A DNA stretch of 63,287 nucleotides, counting the filler, from Aduncisulcus paluster (taxonomy: Eukaryota), in the NCBI GenBank assembly GCA_024181965.1. It is 5 parts of 5 records of this genome, joined end to end, with 100 filler letters (N's around TTAATTAATTAA, not from the genome) between each part and the next. Parts side by side here need not be neighbours in the genome. Positions count along the whole stretch, not along the records: positions 1 to 25,098 come from BQXS01010000.1; positions 25,199 to 32,526 come from BQXS01010001.1; positions 32,627 to 42,696 come from BQXS01010002.1; 2 more parts are not named here. One strand, given 5' to 3'. Positions 23,429-34,610 of the stretch are shown one piece after another. How positions within the stretch are numbered: position 1 is the stretch's first letter; every line of letters starts with the position of its first letter. The translations under genes and the position numbers were made by a program. The notes beneath the pieces are model-generated. The model did no database searches, had not been told where the DNA came from, and saw only the letters and a program-made list of their open reading frames with translations.

Positions 23429-24565
23429 TATGAAAAATAGTTGGTAATTTAATGAATAAAATCTCTTAAGTGGTGTAAAGGGTAACAAAACGCGATAAAC
23501 GGGTGGAAAAAAAAAAATTGACGTCAAGAAACGAAGCAATTCCTTGACAATGAAAGGAAAAGAAAAACAATAACAAAAAAAATCATAATGATTCTTTAAA
23601 TTTTTCGGGGAACTTGGATTTATTGACGATTTTAAACGAAACAATCGATTTTGGCGTGAATGGAAAGATTTCCAATATATTTGTTTTGATGAAGAAATGT
23701 GTTGTTCCACTGTTTAGAGAGAAATATTAATTTTTCATTTGTTTGATTACATTTTACATGTTGTTTTTTCCAATCAGTGTGGGCCAACCAAACCAAGAGG
23801 TAATTAATCAACATATTTAAAAACAAGCAAATATTGGTGGAGTTTTTGATTTGTGTATTTTATTTTTTCGCTGCTTTGATTTCAGCCGTAATATTTCACA
23901 CTGTGAATTTTATGGCATGGAATAATTAGAAATAACTAGAAACTGGGTATTTTCCCACGATACAATCTTAATTAAGAAGTATATTCCCAAATTATCTGAC
24001 TCTACATTCGGATTGTCCAGAATTCCTGTTCGAGAGAGCAAAAACTCTGGGCTACCACGACAAAAAGAAAAAAAGAAGCAAAGATGATGGAGAAAAGCAA
24101 TCAATAACAAATAGTAATGTTAAAAAGAGATACAATAAAATCACCAATATTAGAAAAAAAGGAAAAATTGTCATTGTCCAATAGAACAAATAAAAAAGCT
24201 CAATTAGGGTATAAATAATTCATAATGTCACATTTAATTTCAAAAAGTTCGAAAAATGAAATGATAATATTATATTGAAACGGTCAGCCCGTTGGAGTCC
24301 AAAGAAAACCGAGATGGGGGGTTCTTTTGTTTAAAAAACTTGTAAATTTTAATAATTTCTTCATGTGAATTTAGCAAAATTAGATATTTCTATCTATAAA
24401 TGGAAATAATTCAACTCATTTTCCCTTTATCGCAAAAATAATCATCTATTATTATAATGGAGAAATATCGACCAATTATAAGACATTCTCCATCAATATA
24501 AAGCCATAATATAATGTAAAACAGAGTAGTTCTTGTGTAATTTTTCTGGTTATTTCTCCAGACTT

Positions 24566-25098
24566 TCAATTGATGAATACAGAGATATTCTTCATTATAT
24601 GTGTCCAATGCAGAAAGAACTTCTTGTCAGGATACTTCTTCATCCAAGGTAAGATGTGAGGGAGAAGAATGGATAAAAGGGAATCCTTAATGGAATTGTC
24701 TTTGGCAAATGCGATAGACCTACATGTCTCGAGGATATCTTCAACAAGGGAATCCTCAAATTGCTCAGACAATCCAAGAACTAACATCTTAGAGAGAAAA
24801 GGGTAGATAATTTCACAGATATCACAATGAACTCGTGTATTTTCCCACAGAGCATAATGTAATAGTAAAAATAGAGATCGAACAAGGGGATTAATGGTAT
24901 CAGAACCAATGTCGGTAATAATACAACGAGGATTCTTTTGATCTTCTTCTTCGTCATCATCATATAGAACTGCGATTATCTTGATCACATCAAAGATCTT
25001 ATCATAAAATTTACCTTCTGCTGTGCGAAAAACATTATCTTCTAAATAAACAGCATTTAATTCCTCTTGAGATTGAAGGGGAGATTTTGTTTTTGAGA
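24566..25098 (-). CDS. 3' fragment of a helical-repeat protein related to the repeats of the 2174-aa kinase; 5' end cut by the contig edge, stops mid-repeat
   Basis: Frame is open from 25098. IIYPFLSKMLVLGLSEQFEDSLVEDILETCRSIAFAKDNSIKDSLLSILLPHILPWMKKY..FFLHWTHIMKNI aligns by eye to repeat 3 KVSPSFECILDQGRKKKLEGNIARNILGTLRNMVIVSDTSCRNSIFTLIQPYIKDWLRIY..CYGEWMYILSFI. Confidence 0.65.
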
Positions 25099-25198
25099 NN
25101 NNNNNNNNNNNNNNNNNNNNNNNNNNNNNNNNNNNNNNNNNNTTAATTAATTAANNNNNNNNNNNNNNNNNNNNNNNNNNNNNNNNNNNNNNNNNNNN
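25099..25198. other. Artificial contig linker N44-TTAATTAATTAA-N44
   Basis: Six-frame-stop palindrome inside Ns; identical at four sites. Confidence 0.98.
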
Positions 25199-25980
25199 AG
25201 CTTTGATATCAAGGAGATCGGCTTGCTTCTTGCTTGGTTTAGATGATCTATGATGTTTGGTGGAATTCTTAGATTTCTTCCTGGAACTAGAAGACGTTTT
25301 GCTAGAGCCAGTGATCGAAGCGGAGCCAAGAATTGATTCAAGATCATATTTTCCACCTCCTCTTCCTCTTCCTCTTCCTCTACTGCAGATCATACGTTTA
25401 TTTATATTATCACAGCACCTCCACCTCTTCTTCTTTCTTTTCTCTGATGTTTGGAAGATATCACAGTCCCACCGGGAGAAACACAACGAACAGATGTATC
25501 TCCAAGCCCAGATTGTTCTTCCTCGGCATCCATTAAGCTTATCATAGCAGACACATCAACCATTTTGTTTTTCTCGGCTTCAGCTTTGATATCAAGGAGA
25601 TCGGCTTGCTTCTTGCTTGGTTTAGATGATCTATGATGTTTGGTGGAATTCTTAGATTTCTTCCTGGAACTAGAAGACGTTTTGCTAGAGCCAGTGATCG
25701 AAGCGGAGCCAAGAATTGATTCAAGATCATATTTTCCACCTCCTCTTCCTCTTCCTCTTCCTCTTCCTTTTCCTCTTCCTCTTACTTCTTCTTCCTCTTC
25801 TTTCCCATCTGAACCTTCACTGTCCTCACCAAAGAGATCAAGAAGAGTGGCATCATCTTCGTCATCATCTTTCTCAGTATCTAAATGTAGATCATGGGGA
25901 AATACCGCATCCTGAGTTATAGAGTTAATCAAATTGTGGCGAACAATGCCGATTCGTGTGTGTCCGATCTGAATAATCAT
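25199..25980 (-). pseudogene. Low-complexity (acidic, RG-repeat, Ser/Lys) ORF fragment with an out-of-frame internal duplication at the contig end
   Basis: About 25199-25380 duplicates about 25582-25763 (RGRGGGKYDLESILG...DIKA); the second copy follows the stop at 25402. Confidence 0.45.
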
Positions 25981-26432
25981 TGGATTTCCACAAAACTCGA
26001 GACTTCTGACAACTCACTGAAATGCATGGCATGTCACATGAAACGGTTTCAAAATCTTCTACATTTCGCAGCATGGATACATTTATTGGTGAGATATCAA
26101 TAAAAATATTGTTGAATCTCTGAGAATCAGATTTTTCAAACGGACGTGATAGTTTTTTAAAAAACGCAAAAAATTATTCTCAAATTGATGACAATTTTGT
26201 GTGGCCCACAGCAAGACTGTACAATACAGATTCATCATGAATCACATGATGAGCAGAAAGATAAATAAATAGGAATCAATTGACTCGAATAATAATCATC
26301 CATATAATCTAATTCAAAGTAACACTGAGAAAGAAAAGACCCACTCAGATCCACACAGTAGTAAATAAAGAAACTGTTTAGAAAGATCAGAACAGTATCT
26401 GCTGCATATAATATGCATCCACTGATTACCAA

Positions 26433-29150
26433 CTACTCAGTGAATTCAACTCCAACATGCGGTGGTGGAGACGGGGTGTTGGTTATAGAATCAAATCCCG
26501 ATGATCGAATCTCATCAAATCTTGAGTGGAGATCCTCGATTTGTAAATCGTCAACCAATTCGTCTCCTTCTCCTTTTCTTTCTCCTTTTCTTTCTTCAGC
26601 AAGCCCATTTCCTTCCGTTTCTTTTCTATTTTCCACCAAAGTCGATGCAGATGTTGACAGTTCATCTTTCTCCACTCCACTATGTTCATGATGACTTGTG
26701 GTGGTCTCTGCTCTATCATCTCTAAGGATATCTGCATTTTCATGAGGAATAAACGACTGAACTATTCTGGATGTCGGAACAGCTTGTTGAGGATCACCAC
26801 CACCAAGAATAACATGATTGGGGGATTGAGACGAAACATGTCTAATAATAGCATCATCAGCTTGAGAAACTACTCCATTCTGACTATTGACACTGAGAGG
26901 ACTGGTAACTTCTTCTTCTTTCTTCCCTTTCCCCTTTCCTCCTTCATTCATTGTTAAAGTCCCGAAAGTCTTCTTTTTCCATTGGGCAGCAAACAACAAA
27001 GCATTCTTCTCTGCCCTAATTTGCTTTTCCTCCCATTCCACAAGAGTCTGCGTCGCTTCTTGTGATGTCATTGGTCTAAAAAGCATTCTCCCACCACGTT
27101 TCTTCTTATTCTCAAGCTCTTGCCACGTGACCAGATCAGACACAGCATCAAGGACACTCGACATCGTCTTGCGGATTATCTTGCTCACAAGAATATTTGT
27201 AGCTGACGTCATGAGTTTCTTAGTTTTTGTTAACTGTTCCACTTCACGCTCTTCCTCTTTTCGCTGAACAGACTCAGTCTCCTCCACTTTTTTCATCAGT
27301 GCATCAAGCTTGCATCGAAGCTCCGCAACATCGGCAGCGATCAGCTCCATTTTCTTCTTGGCATCTTCACGGCGTTTCATCTCAACCTCACATTTGCCAT
27401 ATAAATGCCTCTGTTCGTCATTTAAGGCGTGCAAATACTGAGATCGACGCATTACTTTCTTTTGCCCAGCAAATATAGTCTTCGTCAAAACAGGAGGCCT
27501 AAATTGACTTCTCTGTCTTGTCTTCGGGGAAGACTTTCCAGAAGCAGAAGAACTACCGACAGCAAAACGAACACCCTTGGAAGCACCACCACCAAGCTTA
27601 AAAGATGTCACAGAGGACTGCCGACTACTGGCCAAACTATCAGACCCCCCACTGCCTCCAACAGCAAACCGGACTCCTCTACTAACTTCCCCACTCGTGT
27701 CACCAGCATCGGCATCATTCGCTTCATCTCTAGCGCTCATTCTATTGAGCATCTCTTCCATTTCTTCAAGATCGGAGCTTTCTTCTTCCTCATATTCCTC
27801 CTCTTCTTCTTCCTCATCCAAGTCATCTTCTTCGAAGAGTCCATCCTCATCCTCTTCATCCTCGTCGATCATCCACATATCAGCCCCATCACCTTCCTCG
27901 CCATCACTTTTGCCTTTCCATAGCTCATCTCCTTCCTGCTTCACACGTCGGACAAGACGGTCCACAATGGCAGAAGTGAACGTCTTCTCTGCGCCAAACA
28001 GTCTGTTCTTGAGAATATCCTTTGCATGGCGGTTCATGAGAAGAGGAGACGCTTGAAGGACAACAGAGGCGAACGATGGCTTCTTGGTGGCTGTTTGTTC
28101 TTGCGTTTCATGTTGTTTTTTGGCCTCGGCTTCAAGACGTTTCTTTTCTTCCTCTTCTTGCAGTTTGAGTTGAGCCATCCGCTCTTTTTCTTCTTGCTCT
28201 CGCTTTTTCCGCTCAAATTCCTTCCGAAGCATCGCGTCTTCATCTTCGAGGACAAATCCTCCGAGCAGAAGACTCCTTCCTTCTTTTCCTTTCTTCCTCC
28301 GGTGTGTTTGAATTGGGAGAGGAGTATTTTGTGATATCAACGAAGCTTTAATTTTGTTCTTTTCTTTTTCTTTCAGAGCGATGCGCTCGAACATTGTCAA
28401 TTTGGAAAAATCAACTGCTCCAGAATCTTCTGACTGGGCATTTCTATCTTTCTCAACCTCGTCCATTCCGTCAGCTTCAACAATAACATGGGCAGGAAGC
28501 CGACTTTGATCGAGATCTTCCTCTTTTAATTCGAGGCCACTCACGGATTCGATAACTTTGTCATCTTTATGTTTAAATAAGTTCTCTTGTCCACCAACTC
28601 CAATTCCAGACATGCTTTTACCAGACCAAACAGATTTACGTGCTAAATACTTCACATTGTGAGGGTCGGCTTGTCCTTGAGCGGCAATCATCATTCCACT
28701 CAATTCAGCAATATCTGATTCTGATATCCCGATAGATGCAATAGCAGCCTGTCGTTTTTTCTCCAATATTTTCATTTCAGCAGTAATTGTATCCATATAA
28801 CTTGATTTCCAGCTATCAAATTGTTCTGAACCTTCTTGAAATAATTTTGTCTTAATAGAGTCTGAAGCAGCTTGTTTTGACCTTTGTACTTGTGTTCTTA
28901 TCTTAGAATTATATTCATCTCGAGCTTTACGCATGGCAGCATCCTTATCTTCTTTCCTACGTTGTCTAGCATATCTATCCTCTTGTTTCATCCTAAATTC
29001 TTCATTATATTGAATTTTAGTCGATAAATATGCTTCATGTACTAATTTAGACGCTGTAGACTCACCCCAATGTGTAGCAAAAGATTTACCTTCATTCAAA
29101 CTTACATTAAGTAATTCTATACTTGAATAAGCTCCACCAGTTCCACTCAT
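26433..29150 (-). CDS. Hypothetical coiled-coil protein with an acidic tract (~905 aa)
   Basis: Long ORF, first ATG at 29150; several E/K/R-rich helical segments; twice-repeated GVRFAVG motif. Confidence 0.75.
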   Translation of the reverse strand: MSGTGGAYSSIELLNVSLNEGKSFATHWGESTASKLVHEAYLSTKIQYNEEFRMKQEDRYARQRRKEDKDAAMRKARDEYNSKIRTQVQRSKQAASDSIKTKLFQEGSEQFDSWKSSYMDTITAEMKILEKKRQAAIASIGISESDIAELSGMMIAAQGQADPHNVKYLARKSVWSGKSMSGIGVGGQENLFKHKDDKVIESVSGLELKEEDLDQSRLPAHVIVEADGMDEVEKDRNAQSEDSGAVDFSKLTMFERIALKEKEKNKIKASLISQNTPLPIQTHRRKKGKEGRSLLLGGFVLEDEDAMLRKEFERKKREQEEKERMAQLKLQEEEEKKRLEAEAKKQHETQEQTATKKPSFASVVLQASPLLMNRHAKDILKNRLFGAEKTFTSAIVDRLVRRVKQEGDELWKGKSDGEEGDGADMWMIDEDEEDEDGLFEEDDLDEEEEEEEYEEEESSDLEEMEEMLNRMSARDEANDADAGDTSGEVSRGVRFAVGGSGGSDSLASSRQSSVTSFKLGGGASKGVRFAVGSSSASGKSSPKTRQRSQFRPPVLTKTIFAGQKKVMRRSQYLHALNDEQRHLYGKCEVEMKRREDAKKKMELIAADVAELRCKLDALMKKVEETESVQRKEEEREVEQLTKTKKLMTSATNILVSKIIRKTMSSVLDAVSDLVTWQELENKKKRGGRMLFRPMTSQEATQTLVEWEEKQIRAEKNALLFAAQWKKKTFGTLTMNEGGKGKGKKEEEVTSPLSVNSQNGVVSQADDAIIRHVSSQSPNHVILGGGDPQQAVPTSRIVQSFIPHENADILRDDRAETTTSHHEHSGVEKDELSTSASTLVENRKETEGNGLAEERKGERKGEGDELVDDLQIEDLHSRFDEIRSSGFDSITNTPSPPPHVGVEFTE

Positions 29151-29240
29151 TATTGAATATGGTGGTAAATTTATCAAAAATGTTGATCCAGTCGAAAAAT
29201 TACCAAAAAAAATTCACGGATTTTTCTACGGCGTAATCCT

Positions 29241-29834
29241 GAACCAATTGAAGAAAAAATACGAAATATCTTAAATATTAATAACAGTAAATATATATTT
29301 TATTGTAAATTTTTAAAAATCCAATGAAACATCCATAGGCGATGTATCATCGCAATCTATCTAAAAGAACATCCAAAAAAATTAAATAAACATCAAAAAG
29401 TCATAAATAATGACCTGTAATAATCAATATAATCTCATACTCCAAGGGAAGCAAGAGATAGTGTTCCATCACGAGGAGGATCTAAACGAGCATCAAATCT
29501 CACCTTTGAAGAGGCCATTGTCGATGCNNNNNNNNNNNNNNNNNNNNGAACCAATTGAAGAAAAAATACGAAATATCTTAAATATTAATAACAGTAAATA
29601 TATATTTTATTGTAAATTTTTAAAAATCCAATGAAACATCCATAGGCGATGTATCATCGCAATCTATCTAAAAGAACATCCAAAAAAATTAAATAAACAT
29701 CAAAAAGTCATAAATAATGACCTGTAATAATCAATATAATCTCATACTCCAAGGGAAGCAAGAGATAGTGTTCCATCACGAGGAGGATCTAAACGAGCAT
29801 CAAATCTCACCTTTGAAGAGGCCATTGTCGATGC
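29241..29834. other. Scaffold gap (20 N, 29528-29547) with duplicated flanks; assembly artefact
   Basis: 29241-29527 is repeated at 29548-29834. Confidence 0.95.
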
Positions 29835-32526
29835 CATAGAAGACTGAACGGATGACGATGAACTCATCATCTTTCTCCCAGCTCCTTGATATTTCTGAGG
29901 TGGAACAGGTACACTCATGATTATACCTTTGTGAGACATTTCACCTTCAATCCGTAACCCTAATTCACCATCAATTTCTTTGCAATGTTTCTCAAGACGA
30001 TCGATTAAGCTCTGCTCAAGCTTGATCAATGTGGTCAAGGCATTATTACTTGTTTGATGGGCTTGTGAAAGAGATTTTTCTGCAGTGGCAAACTGCCGTT
30101 TCATTCCAACTCCCCCTTTCTCTGCCTCTTCGATAAATTTATGCAACCGATCGCACATTTTCGATGCTCTTGGATGGCTTGGTGCGAGTTCAGTCTTGAG
30201 TTTGGCGGATAATCCTTTCGCTTGAACTAAGGAAGAGTGAGTGACTCTCGTATGGGCAGGAGATGTGGATCGAACAGTGCTATAAATAGATGTATGAGTA
30301 GATTTCTTTGTTTTCTGGAGCTCAACACATTGATCCTTCAACCATTTCAAGTCCTGGGTCAGGGCATTCATGTGACTCCGCATCCGCACAATTTCCCGTT
30401 TTAGAACAACATTCTCACTCTCAAATCCACGAGAAGCAGTGTCCTGTGTAACTGTCCGTCTGATAACGGTGTCCAATGCTTTATCGCGTTTGTTGAGGGC
30501 AGATGACATTACCCTCATCTTTTTCTCAAGCATCGACACTCTACGTTGAGCAATAAGACCACGCTGAGTATTGACTTCGAGGTCTTGCACTTTGTCTAAC
30601 AAGCGTTTTACATGATCCTCGCTTTTACGTAGCAGAACACGAGTACCGTGGAGACGATCTCCTTTAATCGTGCTTCCACAGGCCAGCCTTTCCCTCAAAC
30701 GTGAGTTCTCATGGGATAAACGAGACACTGCCTGATGTAAAGCTCTATTTTTAGAAATGAGAATATGATATAATTCCGGAACAACCTCACCCCGTTCTTT
30801 TTCCTCCAAAGCATATTCCAATTCCCTTATTTTCTCTTTTAACAAGTCCATTTTACCTCCAATAAGTGGATTGAGCAATGAACTTTCCTCTTTTCCGGCA
30901 TAGTATGATGTGCTAGAATATGGGTACATTGTAGATGCACCTTGTTCGTCAGGATGTCCTTGATGTTGAGAGTAAGCAGCATCATCTAAATATAGACCAG
31001 CTTGAGAAGAAGAAAAGTCACCAGCATCTGCCGGTGGAAACTGCCGGTAAGAACCGACACCACCAGCCCCTCCCTTTGGCTGTTGATGCACTTCAGAACC
31101 CCTGACAGATTGAGGCAATCCCTGTCCATCGAGATGATGCTGTGTCCTTGTTTGNNNNNNNNNNNNNNNNNNNNTAAATATAGACCAGCTTGAGAAGAAG
31201 AAAAGTCACCAGCATCTGCCGGTGGAAACTGCCGGTAAGAACCGACACCACCAGCCCCTCCCTTTGGCTGTTGATGCACTTCAGAACCCCTGACAGATTG
31301 AGGCAATCCCTGTCCATCGAGATGATGCTGTGTCCTTGTTTGTGCTGATATGTGACTTGAAATGTCCTGTATCTCCCCTTCCAACAATTGTTCCTCTTCC
31401 ATCAAAGCTCTGGTCTCTGGTGTAGCACTTCCAAGAGGCATATTCTTTCCCGATTCTGCATGCTTGACACCATGACCATTAACGCCGGCTGTGCTGGATG
31501 TCATGGTGCCAGATCTAGACACACCAGATGATACAGAGGTTGACGAGACAGTGGAAGAATATCTCTTTGAGCCACCTTTATGATGTGGGGATGGAACTCT
31601 GATAGATCCATACAGATCAACATAGGAGTTATCGAGAGAAGAACCATGGGGAATCGACCGGTGTGCTCCTTCAACAGAAATCGGTATGGATTGATCCATG
31701 GTACTTTCACGGTCGATATGCCGATCCCTGTCCATCACACGATCTTGAACACCATGAGATACCGAATACATGGGTTGTTGTGGCATAGATTTGCCGTTCT
31801 TCTTGCTTTCTCTCTCTTGCTCTACTTTTCCTTGGTGTTGTTTTTGTTGGATTCGTTTTTGAGCCTTGACACTTTTTTTCTCTATTTCTTCCTCTTCCTC
31901 TCTTTTCTTCCTCTCTTCCCTCATTTTCAATTCTTGCTGCCAAAGCTCTTTCTCTTTTCTTTCGCGTTCGATCCGATCCCTTTTTTCTTTGGCTTCTTTC
32001 TCCAAATTCTTTTCAATTCGTTTAATATCAATAAAATCAATAGTGTCAGCGGTCATGCCTTTTATAAATCCACAAATAGTCTCTATTCCAAGACATTCCC
32101 GAGCAATAACAATATCGGAACGAGTCTTGGGCTCAGTGACCATAATAACCTTGCAAAACCCACACAATAGAGGGACCACCAACCTCACAAATTCACTGCT
32201 ACCGGGAGGTATCGGCTGTAGACTGCCATCGAGAGGCCCCTGTAGTTTTGATTGGATGGCAAGAGCCGACAAGCAAGGAGCAAGCGTTGATACCTGCATA
32301 GGTGTCGCTAAAATGGTCTGAACTGTTGCCAATGATCCAAGAACATGATTAAATACGTTCACACGAATGAAAAGAGCCTGATCAAAAGAGAATCCCGTGC
32401 AAGCGAGTGTGAGAAGATGGGCAGCCGCATAACTGTTTGGAGAGCCAACCGTAAGTATTTGAGGGCTATCGGGCATCGAAGGAGCTGACCATGGATCTAA
32501 AAGGTCTTTAATAAGATGGACACCGG
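29742..32526 (-). CDS. Degenerate kinesin-like protein (C-terminal half of a motor-like domain plus coiled-coil stalk and tail), 5'-partial
   Basis: ORFs 30986..32476 and 29742..31118 join once the gap duplication is removed; frame is open to the contig edge. IKDLLDP, STLAPCLSALA and PIPPGSSEFVRLVVPLLCGFCKVIMV occur in kinesin motor order. Confidence 0.6.
30987..31342. other. Scaffold gap (20 N, 31155-31174) with duplicated flanks; assembly artefact
   Basis: 30987-31154 is repeated at 31175-31342. Confidence 0.95.
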
Positions 32527-32626
32527 NNNNNNNNNNNNNNNNNNNNNNNNNNNNNNNNNNNNNNNNNNNNTTAATTAATTAANNNNNNNNNNNNNNNNNN
32601 NNNNNNNNNNNNNNNNNNNNNNNNNN
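32527..32626. other. Artificial contig linker N44-TTAATTAATTAA-N44
   Basis: Same linker as 25099-25198. Confidence 0.98.
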
Positions 32627-33064
32627 ACACGAAACATCCCATATCAATGTATATATATGAATACTATACCGCGAGTGAATGAGTAAACAAGACATGCTGA
32701 GACAGCCCTCTGTGGGAGAATATCGTGATCTTAGCAAAATGAAAGGGTTTAGGAATGGATCTGAGATGGAATACACCCCTGATATTGAGTAAGGAATATG
32801 GAGAATGGGGGAATATAATAAATGAAAGAAGAACAAACACAACAATAAGGAGATAATTTGAACAAAAGGGGGAAAGAGAACAGCATTAAAGAAGATTCAG
32901 AGGTTTTAGGGAGGGTGAAATAGCAAATAAAGAGACGATTGATTAAAAAAAAGGTCAAAATAGCATAATGGAATAGCTCTATATTTGAGATAAATATTGA
33001 TATATAATAAGTATTTTTGTGGATTATCGATAAAATAAAATTAAACACTTTAATTTAAATATAT

Positions 33065-34258
33065 TTAAAATATTTTCTCCAAAAACGATTTCATGGTATC
33101 CATATCGAAACCATCAATGGCTTGTAAAGCTAATAATTCCTCTTCGGTTGGCTTCATTCGGTATGAAGAATCCAAAAGTGATCCTCCAAGTTGCTCAGGG
33201 TCAACACGAATCGAACTTTCAACCATTGATGTCGGCGGATGCATTATTGGAGGCTCAAAACGATCATATCTAGCCATTTCAATCTCCCTTTGCTTTTCTC
33301 TCCTCTCCCGCCACTCCAAAAAGAACAGCGAACACTCATCACACTTTCCTGAAGTTTCACATTTTGTATAAATGCAAATACATATGCAATAAATCAGACA
33401 AAGGGTAGCGAGACCGAAGAACAAGAAACAAAACACGACGCCAATGATGTAGTTATCCCCAAACGAGCCACCATATGTCGTTTCGTACAAACCACAGTTA
33501 TTTTTAGTATCATATAAGAATATACTGAGTTCATCAATTGGAATAGAATTGACTACAGAACAAGAGAACGATTCAGTCGACAAATGGGCCCAATCATCAA
33601 ATAGAACATTATTTTTAGATATTGAGAAATTATAATGAAATAGATATCCAGGAGTTATTCCAATTTTAAGGGTTTTTGGATACATCATAGATAAACAGAA
33701 TGGACTACATTCAATTTCATTCTCTGAACATCCTTCGCTAATTGGATCAAGAGATATCTTAAAATATGACTTGGCAATACTGATACTGGAAGTGGAATCT
33801 CGAAATACGTTAATGGTCGCATCAGTACCATATTCCACTTCTTGATAAATAGGATTCTCAAATTCTGAAAAATAATAGAAATATGTCTCCATATCATCTT
33901 CTTCTATACCTCTATTCTCAATAACACGCATATCTTCGGGCCGGACATTGCATTCTTGATTGTTAAAAGATAGAAAATCGTCAGTAGTTAGAGAGACAGT
34001 TTCAGAGCCAATAGTTAATTCAAGTGTCATTTCTTCGATTGAATTTGAGAAATGAAAAAATGATATTGAATTAAACGATATATTCTTAACGGAATCGACG
34101 AATTCATTGACGTTTTGATAAAATTCAACCGTGGGGTTAATATTGAAAATGAAAAATATTCCTAAGATGACAAAAAATATGAATATTCCTTCAATTGCAT
34201 GCAAACAATCAGATTTACAGCAAATTGAGTTTTGTAGCGTCGAACGAGAACAGCACAT
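33065..34258 (-). CDS. Two-TM membrane protein with a ~230-aa acidic, N-glycosylatable loop and Cys-rich juxtamembrane segments
   Basis: TM1 GIFIFFVILGIFFIFNI; TM2 YIIGVVFCFLFFGLATLCLIYCICICIY; NIS and NFS sequons in the loop. Confidence 0.75.
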   Translation of the reverse strand: MCCSRSTLQNSICCKSDCLHAIEGIFIFFVILGIFFIFNINPTVEFYQNVNEFVDSVKNISFNSISFFHFSNSIEEMTLELTIGSETVSLTTDDFLSFNNQECNVRPEDMRVIENRGIEEDDMETYFYYFSEFENPIYQEVEYGTDATINVFRDSTSSISIAKSYFKISLDPISEGCSENEIECSPFCLSMMYPKTLKIGITPGYLFHYNFSISKNNVLFDDWAHLSTESFSCSVVNSIPIDELSIFLYDTKNNCGLYETTYGGSFGDNYIIGVVFCFLFFGLATLCLIYCICICIYTKCETSGKCDECSLFFLEWRERREKQREIEMARYDRFEPPIMHPPTSMVESSIRVDPEQLGGSLLDSSYRMKPTEEELLALQAIDGFDMDTMKSFLEKIF

Positions 34259-34610
34259 CACAGAAGATATGTTATTGTGGAAAAAATAACCTAAAAGGGA
34301 TTAAATATAAACAAATATCAAAAATAAATTATTGATTGTTGAAAAAAATCTCTTTATCGTGTTCAAAAACTAAAAAATACATTTCTCCCGCCATAAAGAA
34401 CCAAATAGAAATTTTAATAACAAAAATATTAAATTTAATTATTGTCATGGAACAACTTATGATTTAATCTTTTATTATTAAATAGGTCTGATCGTTAGAT
34501 TAACAGCCTGTTAATCCTGAGAATGTTTATTTTTCAAAACTAATTAAGAGAATTTCAATTATTATAGTGTAATTAAAACGATTAAAAATGACAATTAAAT
34601 ACATGAGCTC

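Noticed and set aside
25143-25154. Palindrome TTAATTAATTAA recurring four times (possible TE target site or regulatory motif)
   Set aside because: Always centred in exactly 44+44 Ns: an artificial six-frame-stop linker. Gene neighbourhoods across it are meaningless.
26235-26432. In-frame ORF right after the TAG of the 26433 gene (readthrough or reassigned stop)
   Set aside because: Composition looks like UTR, and TAA, TAG and TGA all terminate other genes in the window, consistent with the standard code.
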